NCBI GenBank assembly: GCA_050613775.1
Contig: JBODTK010000131.1
Span: 62,001 to 126,000 of the forward strand
Reading direction: 5' to 3'
Origin: Neocallimastix sp. 'constans'
Taxonomy: Eukaryota
Length of the DNA: 64,000 nt
The notes under the pieces are model-generated. The model made no database searches and was not told where the DNA came from. It was given only the letters and a program-made list of their open reading frames with translations. The translations under genes were made by a program, and so were the position numbers. This document shows, one piece after another, positions 11,908 to 25,929 of this stretch. Position 1 is the stretch's first letter, and each line of letters begins with the position of its first letter.

Positions 11908-12880
11908 CAATATAGTTCATAGGGTATATTAATTATTAAGTTTATTTTTATTAAAAATACCAACTAATCCCTTTCGGTCAAATAAATACAATTTTTACTC
12001 AAATTTTCTATTTTCATATTTATTTTTTTTTTTTTTTGATTATTTGTATTAATAATACTTTTCATTATTTATTAAAGAATCAATAGATTTCATAATAAAT
12101 ATTAATAATTTTATATTTGTAATAATAATTGGATCTATGACATCAATTATTATTATTAAATTAATTAAGCTTAAATAATAGAAATAATATTACTTTTGTT
12201 ATATATATTTATTTTTATTTATATTTTTTAATTAATTTTTGTCATTTTATAATTAAAAAATTAAAAATTTTCATAATAAACATTAGTAATTTTATTTATA
12301 ATAATATTTTTTATCAATAACTCCTATTAATTGTAGAGTCAAATAAACACAGCTTAAACAATAGATACAATCATTTCTTAATATATCAACACTAATTTCA
12401 TATTTCTTAAATTAATAATTAGAATTTTAAGATGAAACAATTAAATTAGTTCATTACAAATATTAATACTCCTATTGATATATTAATATTTGTATTAATA
12501 ATGCCAATTAATAATGCCAATAAAATATAGTTTAAACAACTGATTTTTTTTTTTTTAAATTTTATTTTAATTTTACAATATTAATAATTACTATAATATA
12601 TAATTTAATGAATTCATAACAAATATTAATATTCTTACTTATATAAATTAAGGTATCATTAATATTAATCTTGGTTAAGTGAATACAATTTAAAATAATA
12701 ACCTCGAATTTTCTTTTCTAATAATTTATCTGGTTTTGTGTAATATTCACATCATTAAGAATTAATTTAATATATTATTAAAGAATTAAATGAGTTATTT
12801 ATATAATATTGGTATCAATAATATTAATTAATCTTTGTTAAGCAAATACAATTTAAACAATTGACTCCAATTTCCTTATT
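11150..12880 (-). repeat. Degenerate tandem array of about 8 units of about 180-200 bp, possibly a decayed repeat-protein gene
   Basis: A ttcataa(t/c)aaatattaata..tt...attaat....aaataca motif recurs near 11496, 11675, 11916, 12088, 12270, 12450, 12612 and 12795. Confidence 0.55.
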
Positions 12881-14849
12881 ATATATATATATATATAAAT
12901 ATAATAATTTAATTTTTAATTAAATTATTATTTGTTGTGATAATAACATGGAAAAATTAACAATATTAATAAATAATAATTTAATGGTTTAAATAAATAA
13001 TCCAATTAAAAATTAGAAATATATTAAATTTTAAATGTAAATTAATATTAAATTGAAATTGGTGATTATTACACTAAAAATAAAAATTAATTATTTTAAA
13101 TTAATTATTTTATTTTTTTTTTTTAATTAAAATAAATTATTTTTTGTATCATTTTTGATCAAATTTTAAATGAAATATAAATATAATTTTATATTAATTA
13201 TAATAAAAATCATCAAATTTTTATCAATGTGTATATAAAAAAAATAAATAGTAAATATTTAATAAATAATAAACAAATAATTAATTAATTATATATGATA
13301 TTTATTTTAATTTTTTTTAATATTTATATTTTTTTATAAAATTAAAAATGAATGTTTAAAATATTTTTTATTTAATTATTGTAAATTTTTAATTAATATA
13401 TAATTATATTTTACAATTATTTTTTTTTTTTTTTTTTTTTTTTGATTAAGAGTTGAATTAAATTATTATAAAAAAAATTTAATATTCAATTATATAATAA
13501 TAACAAGAAAAAATATATTAAAAATAATTTATTATTATTACTACTGTTATTATTATTACTTCTATTATTACTATTACTATTATTATTATTTTTATTATTA
13601 TGATTATAATGATTATAAATCAAATTTTAAAATATAAAATTAATTTGATTAATAAAAAATTAAAAAAAAAATAAAAAAAAAAAATATTTTTCTATATAGA
13701 AAAATTAAGTATTTAATAAACTAATGATTTATTTAAATGAATTATATTTAAAATATTTTTTTTTAATTTACTATAAAATAATTAATGAATTTAAATTTAT
13801 TTAATATTATTTATAATTTTTGAAAAGTAAACTGAAGTATATTTAATTATTTTTTAAATGTAATTTTTTCTAGTATTTCTTATTATACAAATTTATTATA
13901 ACAATATTTATATTTTTTAACGAAAAAATAATTTTTTTTAATAAAAACCTTTTAATTACTAATTAGTTTAATAGTAAAAAAATTAGTACATTAATAAAAT
14001 TTTAAAAAATATTAAATTTAATAAAAACTAAAAGTAAAATATTCACGTAATAATATCTAATTTGAAAATGGAAAATTCAATAAAATATTTTTGAAATGTT
14101 TCTATAATAAAATAATTTATTTAAAATTGGAAAAAAAAAATTTTATTTTTTTATTTAATTTTAATTTCATTTTTATTTATTATTATAATTATTATTTATT
14201 TCTATTTTCTATTATTATTTTATTTATTATTATTATTTTAAAATTTATCAATTTAAATTTATTTTTATCTATTTTTATTAAGTATTATTATTAATTTTTT
14301 TTATTTTAAAATTTGATGGATTTTTTACATATACAATTTAAAAGTTTAAATAGAGTTATGTTTTATTTTATTAGAGAATTTTAATTTCTTTTTTTTTTTT
14401 TTATTTTTTAAATTTTTATATATTTATATATATATATTAATCATTAATCATTAATAAATTTATAATGTTTATACTTTATAGCTGAATTAACTAATTTAAT
14501 TGATTTTTAGCGAAATTAATAAAAATTTGTTCTAGAGAACTTTGATTAAAACTGAAATCATTAACTACACCTTTTTATTTGAATTATTATCATTAAAGTT
14601 TAAATGAATGTTAAATTTTATATATTTCTTTTAATATTTTTTCTTCATTATTTATATCTAATTATTCTTTATCTATATTTCCATTCCCCCTGACTTTATA
14701 AAATATTAAAAAATTAGAGTTAGTGGGAGTGGTAGATGAAAATACAATGTTAGCTGGTTCAACTTCAAAAAAAAAAAAAAAAAAAAAAAATTGTTTTGTT
14801 TGCAAGAGTGTCATATATCCTGTAGGCAGTATGATTAACATCATCATAT

Positions 14850-15360
14850 CCTATGAATATTTCCAGGTTAATAGTATTATTAGACTTCTTTTTTAATTGC
14901 TTTGGAATATAAAAGCAAAATTGAAATCCAAAAACTCATAATTTATTATAATCTACTGGTTGACCATAGAGCCATTCATAATATACCTTTTTTTCTTGTT
15001 TCTTTTATGAGGAAGATGGTTATGGAAGTAGATAGGTGTATCAATAGTATCTTTCTAAAATTTATATTGGTGCTTTGCATCCCTTAATATTAATTTTCAA
15101 CTCTACCAATTTGTTGTGACGTGTATCGAATAATCTCTTATTGAACTATTTCTTTTTGACTGAAAAATTCATCGAAATTGTTATTCAAAAACTCAATTCC
15201 ATTATCTTATCTTATATATTTTATATTTTTATTAAATATATTCGTCACAATATTATATTATTTTATAAAAGTTTTGTATATTGAAGCCTTATTTTAGTAA
15301 ATAAGACCCATCTATATCTTGTATTATGTGATTTTTCTTTGTGAAACCTGTTAGATGATG
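14850..15360 (-). mobile_element. Ty1/Copia integrase core fragment
   Basis: Minus strand reads NIFNKNIKYIR*DNGIEFLNNNFDEFFSQKEIVQ..YTSQQIGRVE..YFHNHLPH, with stops. Confidence 0.7.
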
Positions 15361-15399
15361 TATTCTAATTCAATTTCCTTTTTTTCACAATCTCTTCTG

Positions 15400-17067
15400 A
15401 ATAAATTTATATCTTATGTCGATGTGCTTATATCTTCCTTAAGAATTTGTATCTTGAGCAATTGCAATACATTTGCTATCTATCATAATTTTAAATTTTA
15501 TTTCTTGATTAAATATTCTTTAAATAAATTTTTGAACCATAGAGCTTATTTAGTACACTCAGTCAAACGAACAAATTCAGCTTCAGCAGTAGATAAAGTT
15601 ACGTTTTTCTGTAACTGAGATTTTCATGAAATAGGACTTTTTCCAAGTAAAAATATATATCCACTTATAGATCTTCTCGTCTTTTCATTGTTGGTAAAAT
15701 CTGAATCCGAGTATCCGATAAATTTATTATCTTTATTATAATGTATAGGTTTATTTTTTGTACCTTTTTTAAATTTTGTAAGATATTTATTAAATTTATA
15801 TAATCAGCTTCTGTTGGATTTTCACATATTCTTGAGGCTTCACTTACAGAAAACATTATATCAGGTCTTGACTTTACAGCAATATATAGTAATGCACCAA
15901 GTAAAGATTTATATTCTTTTGAATCTATTAAGTTTGAATTATTTCTTTCATATTCTCTAATTATCTTGTATGGTGTTTTTATTTGTTTTGATTTCTTCAT
16001 ATTATATTTTTCTATTATTTTATTAATATAATCTATCTGATTTATTTTATAACCATTACTTATTCTATAAATATTTATTCCTATTACTTTAGTTGCATTA
16101 GAATCTTTAGAAATTTTATATTTATCTTTTAATTTATATACAGTATAGTTTATTTCATTTTTAATTCCTGTTATTAAGATATCATCTACATATAATATTA
16201 GTAAACATGTTAATTTATTATTTTTATTGTATTTCCCAAAGAGACATTTGTCAGTTTTGTACTTTTTAAAACCTATACTTACTATATAATGTGATATTAC
16301 GTTATACCACATTCATCCAGCTTGTTTAAAACCATAAAGATCTTTTTTAAGTAGCCAGAATTTATTAGTATTAAAATTTTTATCACCATAAAGATTCTTT
16401 CAATAATTCTTTTCTTCCAAATTTGCGTTCAAGAAAGCAGCTTTTATATCCAATTGTTTCAAATCTCAGTTAAATTTTGATGCGATAGTGATGGTTAGTC
16501 TTAGTCTGTCTGCTTGAACTATTGGAGAATATGTTTCTATAAAATCTTCACCAGTAACTTGTTGACAATTAAGAGTCACAAGTCTTGCCTTTTTCTTTTT
16601 ATTATCCTTTTCGGCAAAGACCCATTTAGTACAGGTTAAATTAGTATCAGTAGGTATATTTTCTACCACTTCTATTGTTTTATTATCATACATATTTTTT
16701 AATTCATCATTTATTGCAATTTTCCATTCTTCACTTTCTGATGAATTAATTGCTTGTTGATAAGTTATTGGGATATTTGTTTTAATATTTAAAATTTTAA
16801 ATCTTTTATTATTATTAGAATTTAATTTTTCTTTCCTGGAAGTTAGATTTTTTTCATCTGAATCATCTGAATCATCTGAATCATTATTACGGTATCTTTT
16901 CTTGTTTAGATATTTATGTTTTCTTTCATTTAAAGATTCACTGTCTGAATCACTAGAATATTCATTACCTTCTTCTTAAGATTTATTTATAATTTTTGAT
17001 TCATTATCATTATCATCATTTATTTTATCATTATAATTATTATCATAATTATTATTATCACTATTGC

Positions 17068-17163
<96 letters not shown>

Positions 17164-18135
17164 CATTATTGCTATTATCATTATTGCTAATTTTATAATT
17201 ATTATTATTGTTGTTGTTGTTATTATTATTATTATTTTTAGGATTAGGATTATTAGGATTATTTAATTGTGAACAAATATTATATTTGTTATTATTAATA
17301 TTTTCCCCCTCAATTAAAGAAACCTTGAAGTTAATAATTAAATCAATAAATTTGTAGCAGAAAAAAGTAGTGTTAATACTACCAGGCATATCCTCTATGA
17401 ATTAAACATCTCTGGATGTAACAACAGAATTAATAGAAGTATCCAAAATTTTATAGCCAAGAGAATCAGAAGCATATCCTAAGAAAATGTCAAGTTTAGT
17501 ATTGTTATAAAATTTATTAGATTTGTGATTGTTATAGAAATAAGCTTTTCATCCAAAAACCTTAAGATGAGAAATATCAACCTTTTATTTAATTATTTTA
17601 TAAGTTCATCAAAAGTTTTGAATTGATAAATTGGTTGTGAGTTTATGCCAATTTTATCCAATTTATTTACAGCATATAAGAGTTTTGTTTCTTCGTCTAA
17701 ATATACTCTTTTTAATTTGTTACATTCATTTTTATGTTCCTCAAAGAGATTATTTAAGTCATTAGCATTTTGAATATAATCATTATTAATTAATTTAAGA
17801 TTGATAATTTTATATTCAAGAATATTAAATAATGCTTGACCAGATTTATAAAAACGTTTCTTTAATCTGTCAATCATGCTATAAACAGTTTTTCATCCTC
17901 GGAGATATTCTTTATTTGATTTTTCTAAACTGTATATTTTAATAGATTGAACAGTATTGTCTGATTTTATTTAACTTCTGTTCATCTCTGAAAATTGAAT
18001 TTCATTCTCAATGTAGGAATCTAAATAATTGGCAATTAGATATCTTTTTAAAGGATCATGCCTATCTAAGAAATTTTCTTTATTTAATATGAAATCTTTA
18101 ATTTCAAAAACGGATTTCGTTATATTTCCATAATA
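15400..18135 (-). mobile_element. Degenerate Ty1/Copia LTR retrotransposon (gag - integrase C-terminus - RT - RNase H), internally deleted
   Basis: Gag-like region 17590-18131; HLKVFG..IFLGYASDSLGYKI..VVTSRDV; KWVF..KARLV..ETYSP; YGFKQAG; ILYVDDILITG; YKSLLGALLY..SRPDI; GYSDSDF; LSTAEAEFV. No LTRs identified. Confidence 0.9.
17040..17240. repeat. (TTA)n microsatellite, read as poly-Asn in the Copia IN-RT linker
   Basis: Directly visible trinucleotide run. Confidence 0.9.
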
Positions 18136-18909
18136 TTTATTAATGATAATTCTTTAATCATTAGTTTCATCATCTTTATAAGAAGGGATTCGATTCATTG
18201 TCCTTATTATCAATTGGAATCGATGAACTCGAACACTCTTCAATATGATTATTATTGGTATACTTTCTTTTAGCTATTCTTTGAAACATATAAAAAATAA
18301 TTAATTACATTTTAAAATGATTAGAATCATTAAAACATTTTAGAAAATTAAAATTAATAACAAGTCTCTTGGTATTTGAGATATTTAATTTGTTAAAGAA
18401 GTCAATATAAGATAAGATATAATTTGTACACTACAAAGTGTATTATTATTCAATTAAATTTTATTTATTATTTATGAATTTATATGATTTAATAAAATAT
18501 TTTAATAAAAACTCAAAATATTAATTTTATAAAATAATTCTGCTTTTATATTTTACATGCATAATATTACATAATCAAATATTATAAATATTTATAATAC
18601 TTTAATGTACAAAAGTTTAAATATTATGTTGAACTTTAACAATAAAAATAATAAATTTTAATAAATTAAAAGATGTAAAAGATAATAATTTAAGATATAA
18701 CTATTAAAATTAAAAAAAATAATATTTAAATAATAAATCTATTACATTTACACCTTTTAAATTCTTGCAAAGTATGTTATAAAATTTCAAACATTAATAA
18801 AAATTTTTAATATTTAATTAATATGAATAAATATTTTTAATAAAAGAGATATTTAAATAATCAAGTTAAAAAAAAAAATGATATTTTAATATTAGTTATA
18901 TATATATAT

Positions 18910-19620
18910 ATTACAACCATAATTATTGCGAACTTTTATCTTTTTTTTTTTATTCATTTATTAATTACACGAATATTTTTTTTTAATAAAAAAATTATTA
19001 TAAAAAAAAATAAATATTATTTGTCCAATTAGATCATAATAATATTTTAAATAATAATATGAATTAAAAAGTAATATCCAAAATAAAGTGTATAAATAAA
19101 TTCAGAAAAAAGTTCATATGCAACAAACCTCACCTCCGGATTACTTCAGAGGTATTGGCGTTGATTCTCCTGGTTAGTTTGCATTTATACAATCGGAATA
19201 GCAACCTTCGTTGAGTACTAGCCTTAGGTATAATTTCTGTAAAGGGAGCCGCAGATCCACCAAGAATGGCGTTTTTGGATAATCTCCAAAAACGATTTAC
19301 TTCTTAAATAAAACATCCCATGCCTTTTTTTTGATTTAAATTAATAATGTCTGTATTTCTTCCATCAAGAAGAAAGTTATATAATCAGTACCACGTTACA
19401 TATATATATATACACTCATTATTCAGAAAATTACTTAAATTAACACGATTTTCACCAATTTACCTATTCACTACATTATTAGTGACGTTACTATTATTTT
19501 CACTATCACTAATGTTAATATTCCTACTTTCTCTATTATTAATTCTACTATTTTTAACTTCAAAAAGAGCTTATGAAGTTTAATATCAATCACAATAAAA
19601 TTATTTATTATAGTTTTCTT
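18910..19620 (-). mobile_element. LINE RT C-terminus plus 3' flank; inverted homolog of about 33700-34340
   Basis: Minus strand NFLNNECIYIYVTWY*LYNFLLDGR..KTPFLV matches 33720-33910. The similarity continues through ggaggtgag and ttggaca into AT-rich sequence. Confidence 0.75.
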
Positions 19621-21422
19621 ACATTTTGGCTCCAACAATCAAAAACAATTACCAAATCCATATTTTAATTTTAAAAGTTCTATTCCAGTAAATAAAAATA
19701 ATAGAAAAATCAATAATTTCAATTATAAAAAATATTATTTGTAATTCAATATTACATTACTACATTAATTTTTAATTGTACATACAAAAATTAAATTTAA
19801 ATACAAAAAATACAAAAAAAATTCAATTATAATTAAAGGAATAAGTGGTAAAAAAAAATAATTAATTAAAATAGTGATTTAGTTTTTCAATTTTATATAA
19901 AAATTTAAAATAAATTTTATTTATTTTTTTTTAAAGAAAATTTTTTGATTATTGGTAATATTCCAATCGATATTATCATCGGAAATGCGCACATGAGAAA
20001 ATATGAATTACATTATACCTACAAAAATAATTTTATCAATTGGTATCATAAATATTATAAATTTTTGAAATTAAATTTTTACAAAAATTTTTCAAGCCAT
20101 ACAAAAACACAAAAATTTCAAAAATTATAAAATAAAAAAATAAAAATCATAATTTAGCTATTTTTCAATAAATAAATATATTCAAATAATTAAATTACTG
20201 GCTCAAAAAATTCACTTTATTATCCAAATTTATATAAAATTATCTTTACTCATAGTAATAAAAATAAAATATAATTTAAAAATTTAAATATTTGAATATA
20301 AGAAAAAATTTTGAATAGATCAAAAGCTGGTTGGGAAGACCTGTTCTCCACCAATTGATATTTTATTTATTAAGTAATTAATATTTTTATTCAAAATAAA
20401 ATATATTAAGTAATTAATAATTTTATTCCAAATAAAATACTCAAGTTGTCTTTTATTTTTAATAATGTGTAAGAATAACAAATTTTATTATTATTGATTT
20501 TTATTTATTTGAATTATATAAATAAATTTATATTCTTAAAATATTAAAGGAAAAAATAAAAATAGTTATTTTCTCAAAAATATTTTAATTTATCTTATTT
20601 TGTTAATAAACACGTATAAAATATATTTTACACAGAAATATATAATTTTATTATTTATTATTAAATATCTTTTTAAACATTTACAATTAACACAAAGTGC
20701 CTTTTAAATAATATATGCTATTTACTTATTTTTAAATCTTTTATTAAAAGTAAAATTATTATAGTTTTGATATATTTATATTTTTACTATGACAAATTAA
20801 TATAATTTTAATATAATATATAATAATATAACTTATAATAAAATGCGCATTAAAATGTTATTGCAAATTGTTATTTGTTTACTTTTAAAATGATTTTATC
20901 TATTTTTTTTTCAATTATTTTTATTATTATTATCTAATATAACAAATATATATAGCATAGCAAAGTTTTTTTTTTTATTTATTTTTTATTTTTTTTTTTA
21001 TATTTATTTATTTATGGTGTTATATTACATAATCAAAAAACTACATTACAAAATTATAACATTACTAAATTTAACACATTTCTTTTTACTAAGTTTTCAG
21101 AAAACTTTAATGTAATTAAAGTTTCATTTTTCGTATAAATTAGCACGTGTCATCTTAAATCAAATTTTTTTTTTTTTGATATTAAATTTTAAAATAATAA
21201 TTATTTCTGTAAATATATTAATATAAATGATACTATATTTAATGTATAATTAGATAGTAAGTCTATAAAACTTTTATTGAAATAATGATAACAGGACTTT
21301 GACAAAAATTCATTTAAAAGAGACAGTAAAAGAATAGATTAGAAAACACAACTTGATTTTCTTATTTTTACTTTTTTGTATTTTTTTTTTTTTTATCATT
21401 AGTGTAATGTTACTATATGATT

Positions 21423-21453
<31 letters not shown>

Positions 21454-22227
21454 GTTAAAAAGTTAAATATATTAATTTATATATAATAAATTGTTAATAA
21501 AAATATAAATGAAATATTATTTATTTCTTTTTGCATTAAAAAAAATCTTTATTATTTTTTTGACTATTATAAATTACATTAAATTAAAAAAATCGAATAA
21601 TGAAGAGTTTTTCCATCATCAATACTCCTATATTAATTAATCAACCCCTATCAACATAGCGATTTTACTCCTTAATACAACGAGAATGAACTTTTTTCAA
21701 AAAAAACTTTGAAGTAAAATTATAATTAATAAAGTTATTAAAATTTAATTTATAGATTAAAATAATAAAGATTATTTGAATAAAAATAAGAACTCTATGA
21801 AAATATAATGTTACATGAATAGTTGATTGGTAATAGAAAAGGAAGGCCTAAAAACTCCAAATAATTTAAATCATTGGAAATATATTATTGAATTTAAAGG
21901 ATTTCTGGTAATATATGCAAAAATATATTAATAAATAAATTATAATATATAGTATAATTGACTCTGTTATGATTCAATTATATAAAAATCAATGAAATTT
22001 TGGAATATCTTAATAATTATTAATATATTAACTTATTACAAATTTGATTTGAATAAAGAATATTTCATTAATAATAGTATATAAAACATTTCATTTATAA
22101 TATATTAAAATTTTAGTTTTTATTAATTTTTTTTTTTGTTTTTTTTTTTTAATGGATTTTTTAAATATTTCCTTATTTTTTAAAATTTAGTTTATTAACT
22201 AATAAAATGTATTTAAATTAAAAAAAT

Positions 22228-22284
<57 letters not shown>

Positions 22285-22338
22285 CTTAATTTTTTAAAAA
22301 TTATTCGTTATTTGATATTTTTTTTTGAAAAAAAAAAA

Positions 22339-24166
22339 ATGAATATATATTATTTATTATTTAATATAATTATTGCAGCAAAATTAATTTATGCAGATAT
22401 GAAAGCAGAATGTAAAATAATAAAAAATTTTTTTGGAGAAGATATTTGTTGCCCTCAAGGTGAAGTTAATTGTAATTTTAAAAGCAATGAACATATACTA
22501 GAACTGTAAAATAAAATTCTTTAAAAATTTTTTTTAATACTTATAAATTTTTATTCATTCAATATATAAATTATATATTTAAATAATATAAATATGTTAA
22601 TTTTTATTGTTTAACTTTTTTATAAATATATATATTCTATCATCTATCAAAAAAAATATTATTTAATAATAAATTTAAATTTTATATATTATTTTTACAG
22701 TACTGCATATTCAAATAAAGAATTAGAAGGTCCTATTTCACCAGAACTTGGAGATTTATCTTACTTAGTAATATTGTATTATTTTACTATAAAAATTGTT
22801 TAAAAATATTATATTATATTTAATAACAAATTATAATAATATATATATTTTTATTTTAAGATTAAAATAACTTTATATTTATTAATAATAATAATAATTT
22901 GTTTTATTTTTTCATTAAATAAATAAAGTATTATTAATATTTTTTATTTAACTTTTATAAATGTAATAGAGATTTACATAATAATAGTTTTAGCGGATCT
23001 ATACCACCTGAAATTGGAAAATTAAAACATCTAAAAATATTGTATTTTTGTATCAAAAATTTTAATTAAAAAAATAATAATAATAAAATTACCATTATAA
23101 CATATAACATAAATATATATAATATACATATAATAAAATATATTTATTATCTGCCACAGAAATTTAAGTAGAAATAACTTATCTGGTCCTATTCCACCTG
23201 AACTTGGAAAATTAACTAATTTAGAAATATTGTAAATATTTAATTAAAAAAACAGTATATTAATTTTATAACTCATTTATTATAAATATATTATTATTTT
23301 TATTCTTTTTTTGAAATATAGAAATCTAGAAGGAAACAAATTATTAGGTACTATTCCACCTGAACTAGAAAATTTAAAAGCTTTAAAAACCCTGTAATAA
23401 TTATTTTAATTCTATAAAATTATTATTTTAGTATATACTTAATAATTATTTTTTTTTTAAAACCTATTATTTATTTTAAATAGATACTTAAAAAATAATA
23501 ATTTAATCGGTGTAGTCCCTCCTGGAGTTACAAAATTGCCTAAATTAGAAAACTTGTAACTCTTTTAAGTTTTAAAAAAAGGATCTATTACTATTATTAT
23601 ATTATTATTATCATTATTATATTAAAATAAAATTTATTAATATACATAATAATATTTAAATATATTTTTGAAATAGTGATATTGACCAAATTGATAATGA
23701 CTACACATATAATAGCATGGAAGTTAATAATATTAACAATAACGATAACAATAGTAATGGCAAAATAAATAATAACAATAACCATAACAATAGTAATGGC
23801 AACATAAATAATAACAATAACGATAACAATAGTAATGGCAGCATAAATAATAACAATAACAGTAATAGCTATAATAACAATAGCGTTAATAGCAATAATA
23901 GCAATAATAGTAACAACAATAATTATTATTATTATAGTACTGATGAACCAAATAAGGATACGAAATATTCATATTATAGTATTTTAATAATAGTTGTTAT
24001 AGTTGGTGCAATAATAATCATTATTATTATTTTATGTTGTATTAGACATTGTAAAAGTGGTTCATCAAGTAGTAATCACAATCAATATCAATCTAATAGA
24101 AGAAGTAATAACAATTCAAATAATGATTTACCCCCAAGTGAAGATATTACTAATATGAGGCACTAA
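22339..24166 (+). CDS. LRR receptor-like single-pass membrane protein, about 339 aa, 7 exons
   Basis: Exons 22339-22505, 22701-22775, 22970-23041, 23160-23231, 23322-23393, 23484-23555 and 23677-24166; all introns GT-AG, phase 2. Signal peptide, Cys cap, five plant-type LRRs (e.g. LNLSRNNLSGPIPPELGKLTNLEI), Asn-rich stalk, TM ILIIVVIVGAIIIIIIILCCI, short tail. Confidence 0.88.
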
Positions 24167-24875
24167 ATAATAGTATAATTTAGTAGAAATGAGAGATCAC
24201 TTACATCTTATAATGATGTAATGTCGTTAACTAAATATAATCGAATAATTATATAACTCAATAAAATTTAAATTCCATTATATAATATAAATCCTATTAA
24301 TACTTTTATTTATTCAGTTTTCAATTGAAACCTATGACTTTTTATAAACTTTAATATTAAAAAAAAATCAAATATTATAAATTAGATATATTATATTTGA
24401 TTATTTTTATTAATATTAATGTTTTAGTTTATTTATTAACTTTATATATCTAAGTTTATATTATTTGATTATTTTTATTAATATTATTGTTTTTGTCTAT
24501 TCATAATAATATTTTATTTATTTTTATTAGTAATAAAAATTTTCTTTTTTTTTTAATTCTTTTTTTTTTTTTTTTTTGAGAGTTTATTTTTATAAAATTT
24601 TAAATAAAAAAATTTATTTATAATACTTTTATGTAAATCTATTTCATTATAAAGTAAAATATATTATTCAATATATTATTCTTTATCATGTTATACATTT
24701 AATTTTTCAATTTTTAATATAATCAATTACTTTTAAAATATATTTAATGGATAACATAATATAGTATATTATTAGCAAAAAAAAATGAACATAGTCCAAA
24801 TGATCCCCACAAAAATGTAATTGATTTATTTAGATTTTAATTTAAATAAAAATATTTCATTGGTAAAATAATGTT

Positions 24876-25050
24876 TGTAATATATTATGAATTATTGGTA
24901 ATATATTATTATATATTGGTATTATATCATAAATAATTGGTAATATATTATGAATTATTGGTATTATATTATTGTTTATTTGTATTATATCATAAATAAT
25001 TGGTAATATATTATGAATTATTGGTAATATATTATGATTAATTGGTAATA
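24876..25050. repeat. Imperfect tandem repeat of about 21 bp (aatatattatgaattattggt)
   Basis: About 8 degenerate copies visible. Confidence 0.75.
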
Positions 25051-25929
25051 ATATAAAATAGTAATAAAAACACTAATTAATAATAAATTTATGTTAATTA
25101 AAAAATGTAGTAAAAGCATAAATTTATGGATTAATATTTATATTAAAATTAATTTATATATGTTTATTATTTATTTTAATAATTTTTAACAATAAAGATT
25201 ATCATATAATAATTATATAATAATAATAATATAAATTTAATCTAATAAAAAAATGTATATACATATAAATTTATAATATAAAACAAATATGTTTAGCAAC
25301 ATATTTGTATATTTGAATATTTATATATATCCAAATATTAAATTTATATCTTATTATTTATAATTTAGATTATTATATATTATATATTTTATATTATTTA
25401 TATTTTATATTATTTATATTTTATATTATTTATATTTTGTATATATTATTTATATTTCTTATATATATTTCTTAAAAATTAAATTATACTTTTTATATTA
25501 TTAAAGTTTATATATAATAGTTTATATCATTTATATATTATTCATATTAAAATATTATTAAATTCTTATTTATTATATTTATTTATAATTATATATTATT
25601 AATACTTTACAGTATATTAATATTAATTCTTATTCTTGTTTTTGTTTTTCTTCAGTAGAAATAGAAATAGTATTGTAATTATAAAATAATAAGATATTAA
25701 TAAAAATTATTAATTAATAAAATACACTTATTTAACCAGCTACAACATAAAGAATATCACATTATTTATTCTAACATATGACGTCACATGTATTTATTCA
25801 TAATTTAATTTTATTTATGTATTTATTTAAATAATTGTTATTCTTTAAAACTGTACTCTCTCTTTACTCTTTCTAAAAATTTTAATAAATAAAGTGTTAA
25901 TAATAATTTTTAATACAAAACAATATTAA

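Noticed and set aside
16996..17190. Poly-Tyr ORF (and the poly-Ile ORF at 31903-32118)
   Set aside because: Translations of (TTA)n microsatellites.
19620..20350. Possible Gypsy protease relic (IDIIIGNAHM)
   Set aside because: A single weak motif with no catalytic DSG seen.
21590..21930. Possible Mutator-like transposase remnant
   Set aside because: Too degenerate to support.
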